Made by a program: the position numbers and the translations under genes. A stretch of DNA of 64,000 bases from Coleofasciculus chthonoplastes F2-STO-03 (GTDB taxonomy: Bacteria; Cyanobacteriota; Cyanobacteriia; Cyanobacteriales; Coleofasciculaceae). Of this stretch, positions 22,413 through 32,335 are shown one piece after another (the first letter of the stretch is position 1; every line of letters starts with the position of its first letter). The notes under the pieces were generated by a model. It saw nothing but the letters and a program-made list of their open reading frames with translations. It was not told the origin of the DNA and ran no database searches. The stretch is from positions 1 to 64,000 of the forward strand of contig JAVJWO010000125.1 of the NCBI GenBank assembly GCA_040222015.1, given 5' to 3'.

Positions 22413-23558
22413 ATGACTGATATTTACCAATCTGCCATTCGCCCCATTCTATTTTCGCTGGTGAAGGCAGATCCGGAGTGGGCGCACGAACAGACAATGC
22501 ATTTGTTAGGTTGGCTAGATCGGACTCATGAATCCTCCTCAACTCCTTGGCTTTCCTCTCAATTGCACCAAGCCTTTTGCCTGAGCGATGTTCGCTTAGA
22601 ACAAACCCTGTGGGGACTGAAATTCCCCAATCCTCTCGGTTTAGCCGCCGGATTTGATAAAGATGGGGTAGCGGCTCGAATTTGGCGCATCTTTGGGTTT
22701 GGCTTTGCTGAACTGGGAACCGTTACCTGTCACGCCCAACCCGGAAACCCCCAACCTCGGTTGTTTCGTTTACTCCAAGATAGAGCCGTTCTCAACCGTA
22801 TGGGGTTTAATAATCGAGGGGCGCAAGCGTTGGCAGACCGATTAGGAGCGATCGCGCATCAGCCGTTTGAGCCGATCCCTGTGGGGATCAATCTGGGTAA
22901 GTCTAAGGTAACACCCTTAGAAGACGCCGCTACTGACTATTTAACCAGTTTCCGCCTGCTTAAGCCTTGGGGTGACTATTTTGTGGTTAACGTCAGTTCA
23001 CCGAATACACCCGGATTGCGATCGCTCCAAGATGCTGAACAACTGCGAATCATTTTGGAGACGTTGCAACAGGATAATCAAGGACAAAAGCCGCTTTTAG
23101 TCAAGATTGCACCGGATTTGGAGTGGGAGGCGATCGCGGATGTTGTTGATTTAGCTCAAACGTATCAGCTTGCGGGAATTGTAGCTACTAACACAACAAT
23201 TCGCCGGGATATCCTGAAAACCCAAGTCATCGCCGCCACAAACAAACCCGTGACTGAAGAAGCTGGCGGAATTAGTGGTGCGCCACTGCGGGAACGTTCG
23301 ACAGAGGTGATTCGGTTTATTCACCAGCAAACCCAGGGGAAATTACCGATTATCGGCGTGGGGGGAATTTTTACCGCCGAGGATGCCTGGGAAAAGCTCA
23401 CCGCCGGAGCCAGCTTGATTCAAGTGTACACGGGATTAGTCTATGAAGGACCCTGGATGGCACGGCGAATCATGCAGGGATTGTTAAAAAAGTTGGAAGA
23501 ACAAGGATTGAGTTCGATTACTCAGGTGGTGGAGCAGGCACAAGCCTCTACCGAGTGA
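22413..23558 (+). CDS. pyrD: quinone-dependent dihydroorotate dehydrogenase
   Basis: [43 protein letters not shown]. Confidence 0.97.
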   Translation: MTDIYQSAIRPILFSLVKADPEWAHEQTMHLLGWLDRTHESSSTPWLSSQLHQAFCLSDVRLEQTLWGLKFPNPLGLAAGFDKDGVAARIWRIFGFGFAELGTVTCHAQPGNPQPRLFRLLQDRAVLNRMGFNNRGAQALADRLGAIAHQPFEPIPVGINLGKSKVTPLEDAATDYLTSFRLLKPWGDYFVVNVSSPNTPGLRSLQDAEQLRIILETLQQDNQGQKPLLVKIAPDLEWEAIADVVDLAQTYQLAGIVATNTTIRRDILKTQVIAATNKPVTEEAGGISGAPLRERSTEVIRFIHQQTQGKLPIIGVGGIFTAEDAWEKLTAGASLIQVYTGLVYEGPWMARRIMQGLLKKLEEQGLSSITQVVEQAQASTE

Positions 23559-24081
23559 AGCTGAGTCCGGGTAAAGGCTTTGTCAACACCAGTCCAGTAA
23601 TCGGAGCATCTACTTCAATTGTGTCAAAATGGTAACAATATGACTCGAAACAGAGATGGATTGAGGTTATTTGAATTCGTCAAAGCTGCCTTGACAACCC
23701 ACTAGGGCGGATAAGACTGCACGAATCATCAGGTTATCCCTAGCCACAACTTTTTTTCAAACTAGAATAGTATAAAATGAAGATCATTCTAGAGATAGAT
23801 AGTGTTGAGTTTTGTCACAATTCACGCTCAACAACTTGCCTTAGATATAGTAGGTCAGTATTATCAGTTCACTGATAAAGAGCAACTTGATCAGGAAACG
23901 TCCATTAGGCAGACTAATTTGACAAACGCTTAAACGCTGGCGTCAAGTGTATATCTTTCATCTAGGATATTATCCTTTTTTTTGTACCTTCGGGTCAGAA
24001 TGAAGAATAGACAACGAGGCTCTCTATCGTGGAGTCACTCACCATCAAATTTTCAATCTACTAATCTACTGAGGTTATTTT

Positions 24082-24306
24082 ATGTGGGAAACAGTTTTTA
24101 TCGGAGCAATCGCATTTTACGTAGTCATGTTGCCGATTTTATTCAGCCGATGGTTAGATTTCATGGAACATGATGACAGCCTGTCCTCAAACGAGAAATT
24201 TTCCTCTTGGGTGCTTTTGGTCATTGCTACTATCCTGTGGCCCATCGTCGTGCCAATATCTTATCTAGAACTGTTGGATGCCAGAAAAACATTTAATAAT
24301 TACTGA
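24082..24306 (+). CDS. small two-TM membrane protein
   Basis: GAGG RBS, two hydrophobic helices, LWPIVVPISYLELL motif. Confidence 0.65.
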   Translation: MWETVFIGAIAFYVVMLPILFSRWLDFMEHDDSLSSNEKFSSWVLLVIATILWPIVVPISYLELLDARKTFNNY

Positions 24307-24544
24307 AGCCGTTCAAGATTCAGGATCACGGTAGAGATTGAGTCGTCATCAGACAAAACTCGCCACCTCCATCAAAAATATAGGTAATTGGCGAACCGTT
24401 TAGTTAATAATGTTACGATTTGTCAATTAAGTTGGAGTGCAAAGGGTGCATCCCGCTTTTAACCGTCTCTTCTACCGTCCTGCACTAGGATGCTCAGAAA
24501 GCCACTTCACCGCCATCATTGGTCATTAGGCAAAAATAAATGAC

Positions 24545-24984
24545 CGAAGACTTGGGTCACAAGCCCCGTCCTTGTAGGACGGCTTTTGATAAATCGTTCA
24601 TTTGCTGAAGACCTCAACCTTAAGGCACTAGCAAAAGGGATGTTAGGCAAGCATTGTTTAGATGCAGGTTGGGGGCAATTCCTACAAGTATTAGAGCAAT
24701 GCTGCTTTAAACGTGGCGTATTTTTCCGAAAAACCGATGCCAAAAAGACAAGTCAGACTTGTCCTAACTGCCTAACAGAAACGGGAAAGAAACTGCTGTC
24801 AGAACGTGTCCATTCATGTAGTCATTGCGGCTACACCACCGATAGAGATGTAGCAGCCGCACAAATAGTCTGTATAAGAGGACTTGCAGCCGTGGGACAC
24901 ACGGTCAAGATGCTTTCTGAGGGTAAATTCATGGGAATCCCTACGATGAAAGAATCACCGTCCTTATAGGGCGGTGAGTGTCAA
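24545..24984 (+). mobile_element. internally deleted IS200/IS605-family element carrying the 3' part of tnpB
   Basis: Left hairpin CCGTCCT-tgt-AGGACGG, right hairpin CACCGTCCT-tat-AGGGCGGTG, ends in TCAA, inserted after ATGAC without TSD. Confidence 0.85.
24586..24969 (+). pseudogene. tnpB: TnpB C-terminal fragment (RuvC-II, zinc finger, RuvC-III)
   Basis: FAEDLN, DAGWGQF, TSQTCPNC..CSHCG, DRDVAAA. Confidence 0.9.
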
Positions 24985-25000
24985 AAAGAACCAATGATAA

Positions 25001-26641
25001 ATGGCAAAACGACGACTGAATTTCACTAACAACCATTGGCTAATCGGTTTTTTCTTAGCCGCCTTTTTCCTGGGAAGTATTTCTCTCGGAAATGTACCGC
25101 TACGAGATTGGGATGAAGGAACTCGCGCCCTGATTGCCAGAGAGATTTACCGCACCGGGAACTGGCTGCATCCGACACTTCAGGGGGAACCCTATCTACT
25201 CAAACCCCCGTTAATGGATTGGTTAATTGCTCTGTCGTATAAATTTTGGGGGATCGGAGAATTTACCACCCGCCTACCAGGAGCGTTTTTCTCCGCTTGT
25301 GGGGTTCCACTACTCTATTTGTTAGGGCGAGATGTTTTTGCCCAACGTTTACCTGCTGTATTGGCGGCTAGCGTTTACTTGACGTTGTTACCTGTAGTGC
25401 GTCATGGGCGTCTGGCGATGCTGGATGGTACAGTGGTGTCATTTTTTCTACTATTGCTGGTATGTCTGCTGAAAGCGCGTCAGGATAAGCGTTGGGCGGT
25501 TGGGATTGGGATTAGCCTGGGATTGATTACGTTAACTAAAGGGATTTTGGTGATCCTCCTGGGTGCGATCGCGTTTGGGTTTCTCTTAGCTGATAAACAA
25601 TGGGCGCAGTTAAAGAGTCCCTATTTTTGGCTAGGTATTCTCTTGGGAAGTACACCTGCGATCGCGTGGTATGCTGCTCAGTGGCAATATTATAGCGAAA
25701 CCTTTTGGCAGGTGCATTTTCAGGCGCAGGGGTTGAACCGCATCTCGGAGTCTGTGGAGGGAAATCAAGGTGCGCCTTGGTATTATTTCCTGGAATTACT
25801 TAAATACAGTTTTCCCTGGTTCCTATTTTGGTTTAGCGGATTGGCGCTAGCTTGGCATCATCGTCAAAGGAGTTGGGGCAAACTGGTACTGATTGGTACG
25901 ATTGGCTATCTGGGGGCGATTTCCCTAATGGGAACCAAGTTGCCTTGGTACATTATGCCGCTGTATCCCTTTTTTGCCCTAGCTGTTGGCATATATCTAA
26001 CACAGTTGTGGCAAAAAAGCAAGCATTACCACCAGATTTTAGTCTGGCTTTTGGGGTTAATGGCAGTTGCAGGGGTGGGGGGATGTGTTTATTTTATCCT
26101 GGCAGATCCGCAGCCTGTGTTGATTATGATGGGCGTGGTTGTGGCGTTAACAATGGGTTTAGCGGCTTGGCAGGTTTACCAGGATAATCGTCAATTTATC
26201 CCGATTTTATTGGGTGGAACTTACGTGGCGTTGTTATTATTAATGATGTCTACATCCTGGGTTTGGGAATTAAATGAAGCCTTTGCGGTGAAACCAGTTG
26301 CCGAGTTGATTCAGGAACATACTTCCCCAGAAACTGTGGTTTATACGTCTTATGGTTATCGGCGTCCCAGTTTAGATTTTTATAGCGATCGCCAAGTTAT
26401 TCCGGCGGATACAACTAGGTTGAAACAGTTGGCGTCAACGCCGTCGTATTTACTGGTTGATGAGTCAACGTTGGCAGTATTACCCGTTCGCGATCGCGTG
26501 GTTTTTGATAGTAGCGAAGGCTTCACCCTAATGTGCTTCAGCTGTCATGCATTTAAATTGGGTATTAGTCGTGAGCAAGATGCTCACACTACGACAAGGA
26601 TTTCGCCATTATTGACATGCGATCGCCTTAGACTTGATTGA
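25001..26641 (+). CDS. ArnT/PMT-like glycosyltransferase
   Basis: LRDWDEG, KPPL, TRLP, RLAMLDG, LTKG; many TM helices; last about 35 codons read into a repeat element. Confidence 0.88.
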   Translation: MAKRRLNFTNNHWLIGFFLAAFFLGSISLGNVPLRDWDEGTRALIAREIYRTGNWLHPTLQGEPYLLKPPLMDWLIALSYKFWGIGEFTTRLPGAFFSACGVPLLYLLGRDVFAQRLPAVLAASVYLTLLPVVRHGRLAMLDGTVVSFFLLLLVCLLKARQDKRWAVGIGISLGLITLTKGILVILLGAIAFGFLLADKQWAQLKSPYFWLGILLGSTPAIAWYAAQWQYYSETFWQVHFQAQGLNRISESVEGNQGAPWYYFLELLKYSFPWFLFWFSGLALAWHHRQRSWGKLVLIGTIGYLGAISLMGTKLPWYIMPLYPFFALAVGIYLTQLWQKSKHYHQILVWLLGLMAVAGVGGCVYFILADPQPVLIMMGVVVALTMGLAAWQVYQDNRQFIPILLGGTYVALLLLMMSTSWVWELNEAFAVKPVAELIQEHTSPETVVYTSYGYRRPSLDFYSDRQVIPADTTRLKQLASTPSYLLVDESTLAVLPVRDRVVFDSSEGFTLMCFSCHAFKLGISREQDAHTTTRISPLLTCDRLRLD

Positions 26642-26771
26642 AGAGCGATCGCTAAATTTGGCATTGATGTTGGATGGGAGTGGATGTTGGGTTTCGGCAC
26701 GTCAACCCAACCTACGGCGATGGGCGATCGCACGAAAAATTCCTTCAAATACTTGATGTTATAATCATCCT

Positions 26772-27048
26772 ATGAATTTTGACTGGGACGATAACAAAGC
26801 GGCAATAAATTTATTTGTCAAAGCACCGAGTTTCATTTGAGGAAGCCAAAACCGTTTTTGATGATCCGCTTTATGTTGACTTCTACGATCCCGATCATTC
26901 TGAGGATGAGGAGCGTTATCTTATTGTTGGAGAATCAAACCGGGGACGTTTACTCATTGTATCGTATACAGAAAGAGGAGATTTGATTCGTCTGATTAGT
27001 GCAAGAGTTGTAACACAAGCTGAACGAGAAGCTTATGAAGAGGGTTAA
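26772..27048 (+). pseudogene. BrnT-family toxin, frameshifted
   Basis: MNFDWDDNKAAIN from ATG 26772 is out of frame with LSKHRVSFEEA...EERY...IRLISAR because of a 4-nt ATTT duplication near 26810. Confidence 0.8.
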
Positions 27049-27301
27049 GCCAGATATGGAAGATGATCTGCGAGCAGAATACGACTTAAAGAGTTTACGA
27101 GTCAGAAAGTTGGGTTCTGGACGAAAAAGTTTTGCCGGGAAAACTGTACGCTTAGATCCTGATGTTGCAGAGATGTTTCCTAATGCTGAGGCAGTCAATG
27201 AAGCTCTGCGATTTCTGATTAGGGTTATGCAGGACAATCAAGCCATTGCTCCCGAAATCAAGTCTAGCACTTCGTTGGATCTAACAGACGAAAGTCATTA
27301 A
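27035..27301 (+). CDS. BrnA-like antitoxin
   Basis: DDLRAEYD, VRLDPDVAEMFPNAEAVNEALR; overlaps the toxin stop. Confidence 0.75.
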   Translation: MKRVKPDMEDDLRAEYDLKSLRVRKLGSGRKSFAGKTVRLDPDVAEMFPNAEAVNEALRFLIRVMQDNQAIAPEIKSSTSLDLTDESH

Positions 27302-27383
27302 TTTTACAGCGCTTTTGGTGGTAAGTGAGGTACATAGATCCCCGATTTCTTGGAGTAGTAGGGGATCTGGCTTGGAATGGCAG

Positions 27384-27452
27384 ATGCAAGTCCACGGCTG
27401 CCTTACCCATGTTCAGATTATTGATGGTAAAATTTGGATTCAACGGGATGGT
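27384..27452 (+). pseudogene. XisI-family fragment
   Basis: VHGCLTHVQIIDGKIWIQRDG signature, flanked by repeat elements. Confidence 0.7.
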
Positions 27453-27643
27453 AAGATGGGAAAAGTTATGACAGTTGTAGGGGCGGGTTTTACTACTATC
27501 CTTTCTGAGCTCACCCTGATGTGCCTAAACATTTGTCATTCGTCGAAGTTAGGTACAACACGAATGAGTTTGTAGTACCAAGTTGCCTCTCAAAGCGTTA
27601 ATATGACACGTCGGAACACAACTTGGTATTAGGAATCTTTATT

Positions 27644-28456
27644 TTACCGTTCGGTATTCTTTCTGAAGGATGTTCGCTTGTCAACTTCAGGTATTTCAGG
27701 TGTTTCTGGCTTAACCTCAACCTGCGTCACTTCTGTTTCTGCGACGTTTTTTCCCACAGCAGTGACAGGTTTTGCCGCGACTACCGCAGTTGGATCGGGT
27801 TCCACAATAATACGTTCTTGTTCTGCCACTACCTCACCATCTTGATTATTTTGATTCGATGGCTTTGCTTTCTCTGCCTTGTCTTGAACGTTATCGGCTG
27901 CACCCATCGCCGCATTTTTGGCTTGATCGGCTTTACTCTGGAGAGAAGGTTTAGCATTCTCAGCCGCATCTTGAATCCTGTCGGCTGTCTTAACCGCAGC
28001 ACTTTTGGCTTTGTCGGCTTGACTTTCAATAGCTGGTTTAGCATTCTCAGCCGCATCTTGAATCCTGTCGGCTGCTTTTTCCGCAGCACTTTTGGCTTGG
28101 TTAGCAGCACTTTCAATCGCTGGCTTGGCTTGTTCCGCCGCACCTTGCACTTTATCGGCTGCCTTTTCCGCAGCACCTTTGAGTTTATCCGGTGCATCTT
28201 CCGGGGTAGCCTTAGCCGTCAAACCACCAGCTACTGCACCTGTGACAGCACCTACAACTGCGCCTCGTTTGCCAGCCACTTGACTACCAACTACAGCACC
28301 AACGGCTGCGCCAGCTACGCCAGCGCCGACTAAACCCTTGCCTTGATTATCTTGATTATCTTGATTGTCTTTATTGGACGAAAATTCATCGGGTTGATTG
28401 GCAGTAGGTTCAATCGGTTGATTATTTTTATCCAAAAATTGCTTATTACTATCCAT
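27644..28456 (-). CDS. LEA-like hydrophilic repeat protein with glycine zipper
   Basis: GGAG RBS; GAxxGAxxG segment; about four 29-aa repeats (AAEKAADRIQDAAENAKPAIESQADKAKS-like). Confidence 0.65.
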   Translation of the reverse strand: MDSNKQFLDKNNQPIEPTANQPDEFSSNKDNQDNQDNQGKGLVGAGVAGAAVGAVVGSQVAGKRGAVVGAVTGAVAGGLTAKATPEDAPDKLKGAAEKAADKVQGAAEQAKPAIESAANQAKSAAEKAADRIQDAAENAKPAIESQADKAKSAAVKTADRIQDAAENAKPSLQSKADQAKNAAMGAADNVQDKAEKAKPSNQNNQDGEVVAEQERIIVEPDPTAVVAAKPVTAVGKNVAETEVTQVEVKPETPEIPEVDKRTSFRKNTER

Positions 28457-28738
28457 GTAGAGTTGTCCTCCTTTACTGATATTGAATGTTTTTCTAAGGT
28501 TTAAGGCTTTCTTGTATCTTTCACAAACTTACCAATTCGCCGTTATCGCTGACGCCAAGCTAAAGGAGGATATGACACTACCTTGAGTCAGTCGATAGAT
28601 ATATTTCATACCAAATCCGCTTTGAAAACCCTTTTTTGTCATGGCGATTGAAATCGCTGCTACACAAACAAAGTCCGCCTGCGCGGACTGGATTATAACT
28701 TATAGAACACCCAGTTAGCGGTTAAAACAGGGAGAGAC

Positions 28739-29635
28739 TCAGCGTTTCCAGAGTTTGAGGGGTTGCAGGATTTTGGCAATCCAACGGAGGGTTCCGGGTT
28801 CGGTTAAAATTCCCTGGGTGGGACTGAATAGAAATGCCAGAATAAAGAAACTAAAGACAACCATGACGATCGCGGGTCCTGATGGCAAATCCAGGTGATA
28901 GCTTAAATACATACCCGTAACACCCGCCATTACACCAATTATTGCCCCTAATCCCATCATTTGATGCAATTCTTTGACTAAAAGATAGGCAGTAATGGCA
29001 GGACCAACCAGGAGGGAGATAACCAGCAGCACACCCACGGTTTGCATACTGGCGACAATCGTCAAGGTAATGGCGCAGACAAAGCCGAAATACATGGTGG
29101 TGACGGGTAAACCACTGGCTTGAGCGCCGAGGGGGTCAAAGGTGTAGAAAAGGAGTTCTTTGTAAAACAGTTTGGTTAACAGTAAAATAATTACGGTAAT
29201 GATTAGTGTATGCCAGACATCGCTGGTTCTGACGCCTAAAATATCGCCGAAGAGAATAGAACTGAGGTCAAATTGATTTGTTTCTAAGAGGGTAATTAGG
29301 ATGACTCCCAAGCCTAAAAAACTGGTTAAAGTTAACGCCATCGCTGCATCAACTTTCACTCGCGATCGCTGATGAATACCAGCCACCACTAAAGCGCTCA
29401 ATGTCCCAGCAATAAATGCCCCCAAAGACAGAAATTGCTCTCCCACAAAAAAGGCGATGGATAATCCCGGTAAAACAGCATGGGCGATCACATGAGCGAT
29501 CATGATCATCTGTTGCACAATCAAATAACTCCCCACAACCGCCCCTAAAATTCCCAGCAACACCGCAATCGCTATGGCATCCCGCATATATCCCCACTGC
29601 AGCGGTTCAATTAACCAATCCCACATCCTATCCAC
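28739..29635 (-). CDS. Zn/Mn ABC transporter permease
   Basis: HAVLPG, LFGDILGV, FDPLGAQASGL, DLPSGPAIV. Confidence 0.93.
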   Translation of the reverse strand: MDRMWDWLIEPLQWGYMRDAIAIAVLLGILGAVVGSYLIVQQMIMIAHVIAHAVLPGLSIAFFVGEQFLSLGAFIAGTLSALVVAGIHQRSRVKVDAAMALTLTSFLGLGVILITLLETNQFDLSSILFGDILGVRTSDVWHTLIITVIILLLTKLFYKELLFYTFDPLGAQASGLPVTTMYFGFVCAITLTIVASMQTVGVLLVISLLVGPAITAYLLVKELHQMMGLGAIIGVMAGVTGMYLSYHLDLPSGPAIVMVVFSFFILAFLFSPTQGILTEPGTLRWIAKILQPLKLWKR

Positions 29636-29881
29636 CTCACTTATTTTTGATTTATTATTTACTATTAATATTTCATAAAAATCTGTATTATGCTACCTTT
29701 ATTCTTTCCGAATGTTGATGTTTAATGATTGCTATAATTGGCAACTTAAGCATCAAATTAGGGCAGGTTTCGGTGAGTCACAAGCCAGGGCGGGTTTTGT
29801 TTTTCAGCTATCAGTCATACGCAAGCTTTAATGGCTAAACCCGCCCCTACAGTAGCTAAACCCACTCCTACTGCTTTGAGA

Positions 29882-30601
29882 TTAGGCGACAACAAGGCTC
29901 ATGAGTCTCCCATAGGCTTTTTTAAGATTTTCAGTCGTCAATACTTCTGACTTTGAACCCACGGCGATTAATTCTTTGTTTAACAATAATACCTGATCAT
30001 ACTGTGCCAAAGTTTCTCCCAGATCGTGACTAATAACCAATAGAATTTTATTTTGAAACTTTAAGTCTTGAAAAATCTCAAAAATAATCTCTTCCGTCTT
30101 TTGATCAATGCCAGCAAACGGCTCATCAAAAAAAAATAACTCCGCCTGTTGCGCCAGTGCCCTAGCTAAAAATACTCGTTGTTGTTGTCCTCCAGAAAGT
30201 TCACCAATTTGACGATAACGATACTCAAACAAGCCCACCCGTTCTAATGCATCCTGAACAATCTCCTGGGATTGACGAGACGGATGTTTAAACCAACCTG
30301 TGTGGATAGTGCGCCCCATCATCACGACATTCCAGACTGTAACCGGATAATTCCAATCAATTTGGGTGCGCTGTGGTACATAGGCGACTCGTTTCCGTTG
30401 ACTTTTCAGGGGTTTGTCGTGAAAGGTTGCTTCTCCTCTGGTGAGGGGAATGAGTCCCAGAATCGCCTTAATAATCGTACTTTTGCCAGCACCGTTAGGT
30501 CCCAACAGTACCGTTAACTGTCCCGGTTGGATGGAAAAGGAAACACCGGAGATTGCCCAGGTATTTCGGTAGTTGACCGCCAAATCATGAACTTCGAGCA
30601 T
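29882..30601 (-). CDS. Zn/Mn ABC transporter ATP-binding protein
   Basis: GPNGAGKST, YVPQR, LSGGQQQRVFLARAL, FDEPF; start 30601 or 30679. Confidence 0.93.
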   Translation of the reverse strand: MLEVHDLAVNYRNTWAISGVSFSIQPGQLTVLLGPNGAGKSTIIKAILGLIPLTRGEATFHDKPLKSQRKRVAYVPQRTQIDWNYPVTVWNVVMMGRTIHTGWFKHPSRQSQEIVQDALERVGLFEYRYRQIGELSGGQQQRVFLARALAQQAELFFFDEPFAGIDQKTEEIIFEIFQDLKFQNKILLVISHDLGETLAQYDQVLLLNKELIAVGSKSEVLTTENLKKAYGRLMSLVVA

Positions 30602-30824
30602 TACAACCTGTCTGTGAGAATGACTACCATTAACAAATTCTGCTTTCAGCTTATCGGATAATGATTGCCATGATTTCACGCTTTGAGAAGGGATAGGGAA
30701 GCTGGGGGAGCAATGTAGAGACGTGCCATGGCACGTCTGGAAGCTGGGGGAGAGGAAAATACATGAGAACTCCCTGCTAGCCGTATAGGGGATATAGCTG
30801 TAGGCATCCGTTTCAACTCTAATA

Positions 30825-30846
30825 CTAGAATGATTATCATTATAAT
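30825..30846. promoter_or_regulatory. Zur/Fur-type box overlapping a -10 element
   Basis: AATGAT-T-ATCATT inverted repeat resembling the cyanobacterial Zur consensus TGATAATNATTATCA, abutting TATAAT, between divergent metal-uptake genes. Confidence 0.65.
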
Positions 30847-30872
30847 TGTCTCTCGGTTTCAGGAGCTTGACT

Positions 30873-31967
30873 ATGCTAAAGTATGTATTCAGCCAAACCT
30901 TGAACGGCTGGAATAGTAAGGTGTTGGCATTAGCGATCGCACTGACAGGGTGTGTTCAAACCAACCAGACAACGGTTTCACCAACAGAGGATGGGACATC
31001 AGGTGAGAAACCCAGTGTAGTGGTGTCTCATCGCGTTCTTTGCGATTTAACCGCAGAAATTGCCCAAGACACCATTCAAGTCAACTGTTTATTAGATCCG
31101 AACCAAGATCCTCACACCTACAGATCAACCCCATCGGATCGCAAAGCTGTTGAAACCGCACAACTGATCCTTTATGGTGGCTATGATGGAGAACCCGGTG
31201 TTGAAGGATTAATTGAAGCCAGCAATACATCAGCCCCTATTGTGGCTGTATTTGAGGAAGCTGTCCCCAATCCCCTAACGGGAGAAGCACATCACCATAA
31301 CCATAATGGAGATCACCATGATCACGGGGAAAAGGAACAGGTTGAACACTCAGATCATGAAGAAAACCATGGAGCCGATAAGGGAGAAAACGTTCCCGAT
31401 CCCCATGTTTGGCATGATGTGCAAAACAGCATGGCAATAGTTGATGTCATTGGTAACCAACTGACAAAGATTAATCCAGATCAGGCTGACTTTTATGCGG
31501 AAAATGTCCAACAGTTAACCACCCAACTTGACCAGTTAGATACCTGGGTCAACGCACAAGTGGCAACAATTCCCTCAGGAAAACGTAAAATTGTCACCAC
31601 TCATGACGCCTTAGCTTATTATGTCAACGCTTATGGATTTGAAGCGGCGGAATCGTTACAAGGACTCAGTACCGAAGAAACCCCCTCAGCCGCACGGGTA
31701 AAGGAATTGGTAGGAACCATTGAACAAGCCAAGGTTCCCACGATTTTTGTGGAAACTACAACTAATTCCACCGCGATTGAGACTGTTGCGAGGGAAGCGA
31801 ATGTCAAGGTTTCTGAACAAAAACTGTTTGTTGGCAGTCTAGGTGCGGCAAATAGTGACACGGCAACCTATATCGGAATGATTACACACAATACCTGTGC
31901 GATCGCGGCAGGTTTGGGCGGAACCTGTACTCCGTTCAAAATGATGATAGGTGATAATCAGCCTTAA
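30873..31967 (+). CDS. Zn/Mn ABC transporter substrate-binding lipoprotein with His-rich loop (ZnuA-like)
   Basis: AGGAG RBS, lipobox LTGC, DPHTY, His-rich loop, DPHVWHD, TTHDA. Confidence 0.92.
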   Translation: MLKYVFSQTLNGWNSKVLALAIALTGCVQTNQTTVSPTEDGTSGEKPSVVVSHRVLCDLTAEIAQDTIQVNCLLDPNQDPHTYRSTPSDRKAVETAQLILYGGYDGEPGVEGLIEASNTSAPIVAVFEEAVPNPLTGEAHHHNHNGDHHDHGEKEQVEHSDHEENHGADKGENVPDPHVWHDVQNSMAIVDVIGNQLTKINPDQADFYAENVQQLTTQLDQLDTWVNAQVATIPSGKRKIVTTHDALAYYVNAYGFEAAESLQGLSTEETPSAARVKELVGTIEQAKVPTIFVETTTNSTAIETVAREANVKVSEQKLFVGSLGAANSDTATYIGMITHNTCAIAAGLGGTCTPFKMMIGDNQP

Positions 31968-32159
31968 TATGATATCGGAACATAAAACCCAATGTAGGGG
32001 CGGGTTTAGGAACAAAATCAATGGAGCCACCAATCACCTTTTTACAAAACCCGCCCTGTTCCAATATTTAACCTAACCAATTCCCTAATTTCCCAATTTT
32101 TCCCGACATTTTTTTGGTGCGATCGCGGTTGAGAATAAGGTGGGTTTGGTTGTTCGGTT

Positions 32160-32332
32160 ATCGGTGAGGAGGGCGGGTTTTGTTGTTCCATTATCGGTGA
32201 GGAGGGCGGGTTTTGTTGTTCCATTATCGGTGAATATCTGAATTTAGTCCCTAAACCCGCCCCTACAATTGTCCCTAAACCCGCCCCTACAATTGTCCCT
32301 AAACCCGCCCCTACAATTGTCCCTAAACCCGC
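32160..32332. repeat. tandem amplifications of REP arms (33-bp x2, 24-bp x3.5)
   Basis: TATCGGTGAGGAGGGCGGGTTTTGTTGTTCCAT twice; GTCCCTAAACCCGCCCCTACAATT from 32247. Confidence 0.85.
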
Positions 32333-32335
32333 TCT

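Noticed and set aside
27623..28333. 236-aa plus-strand ORF
   Set aside because: Antisense shadow of the repeat protein, which has an RBS and a coherent composition
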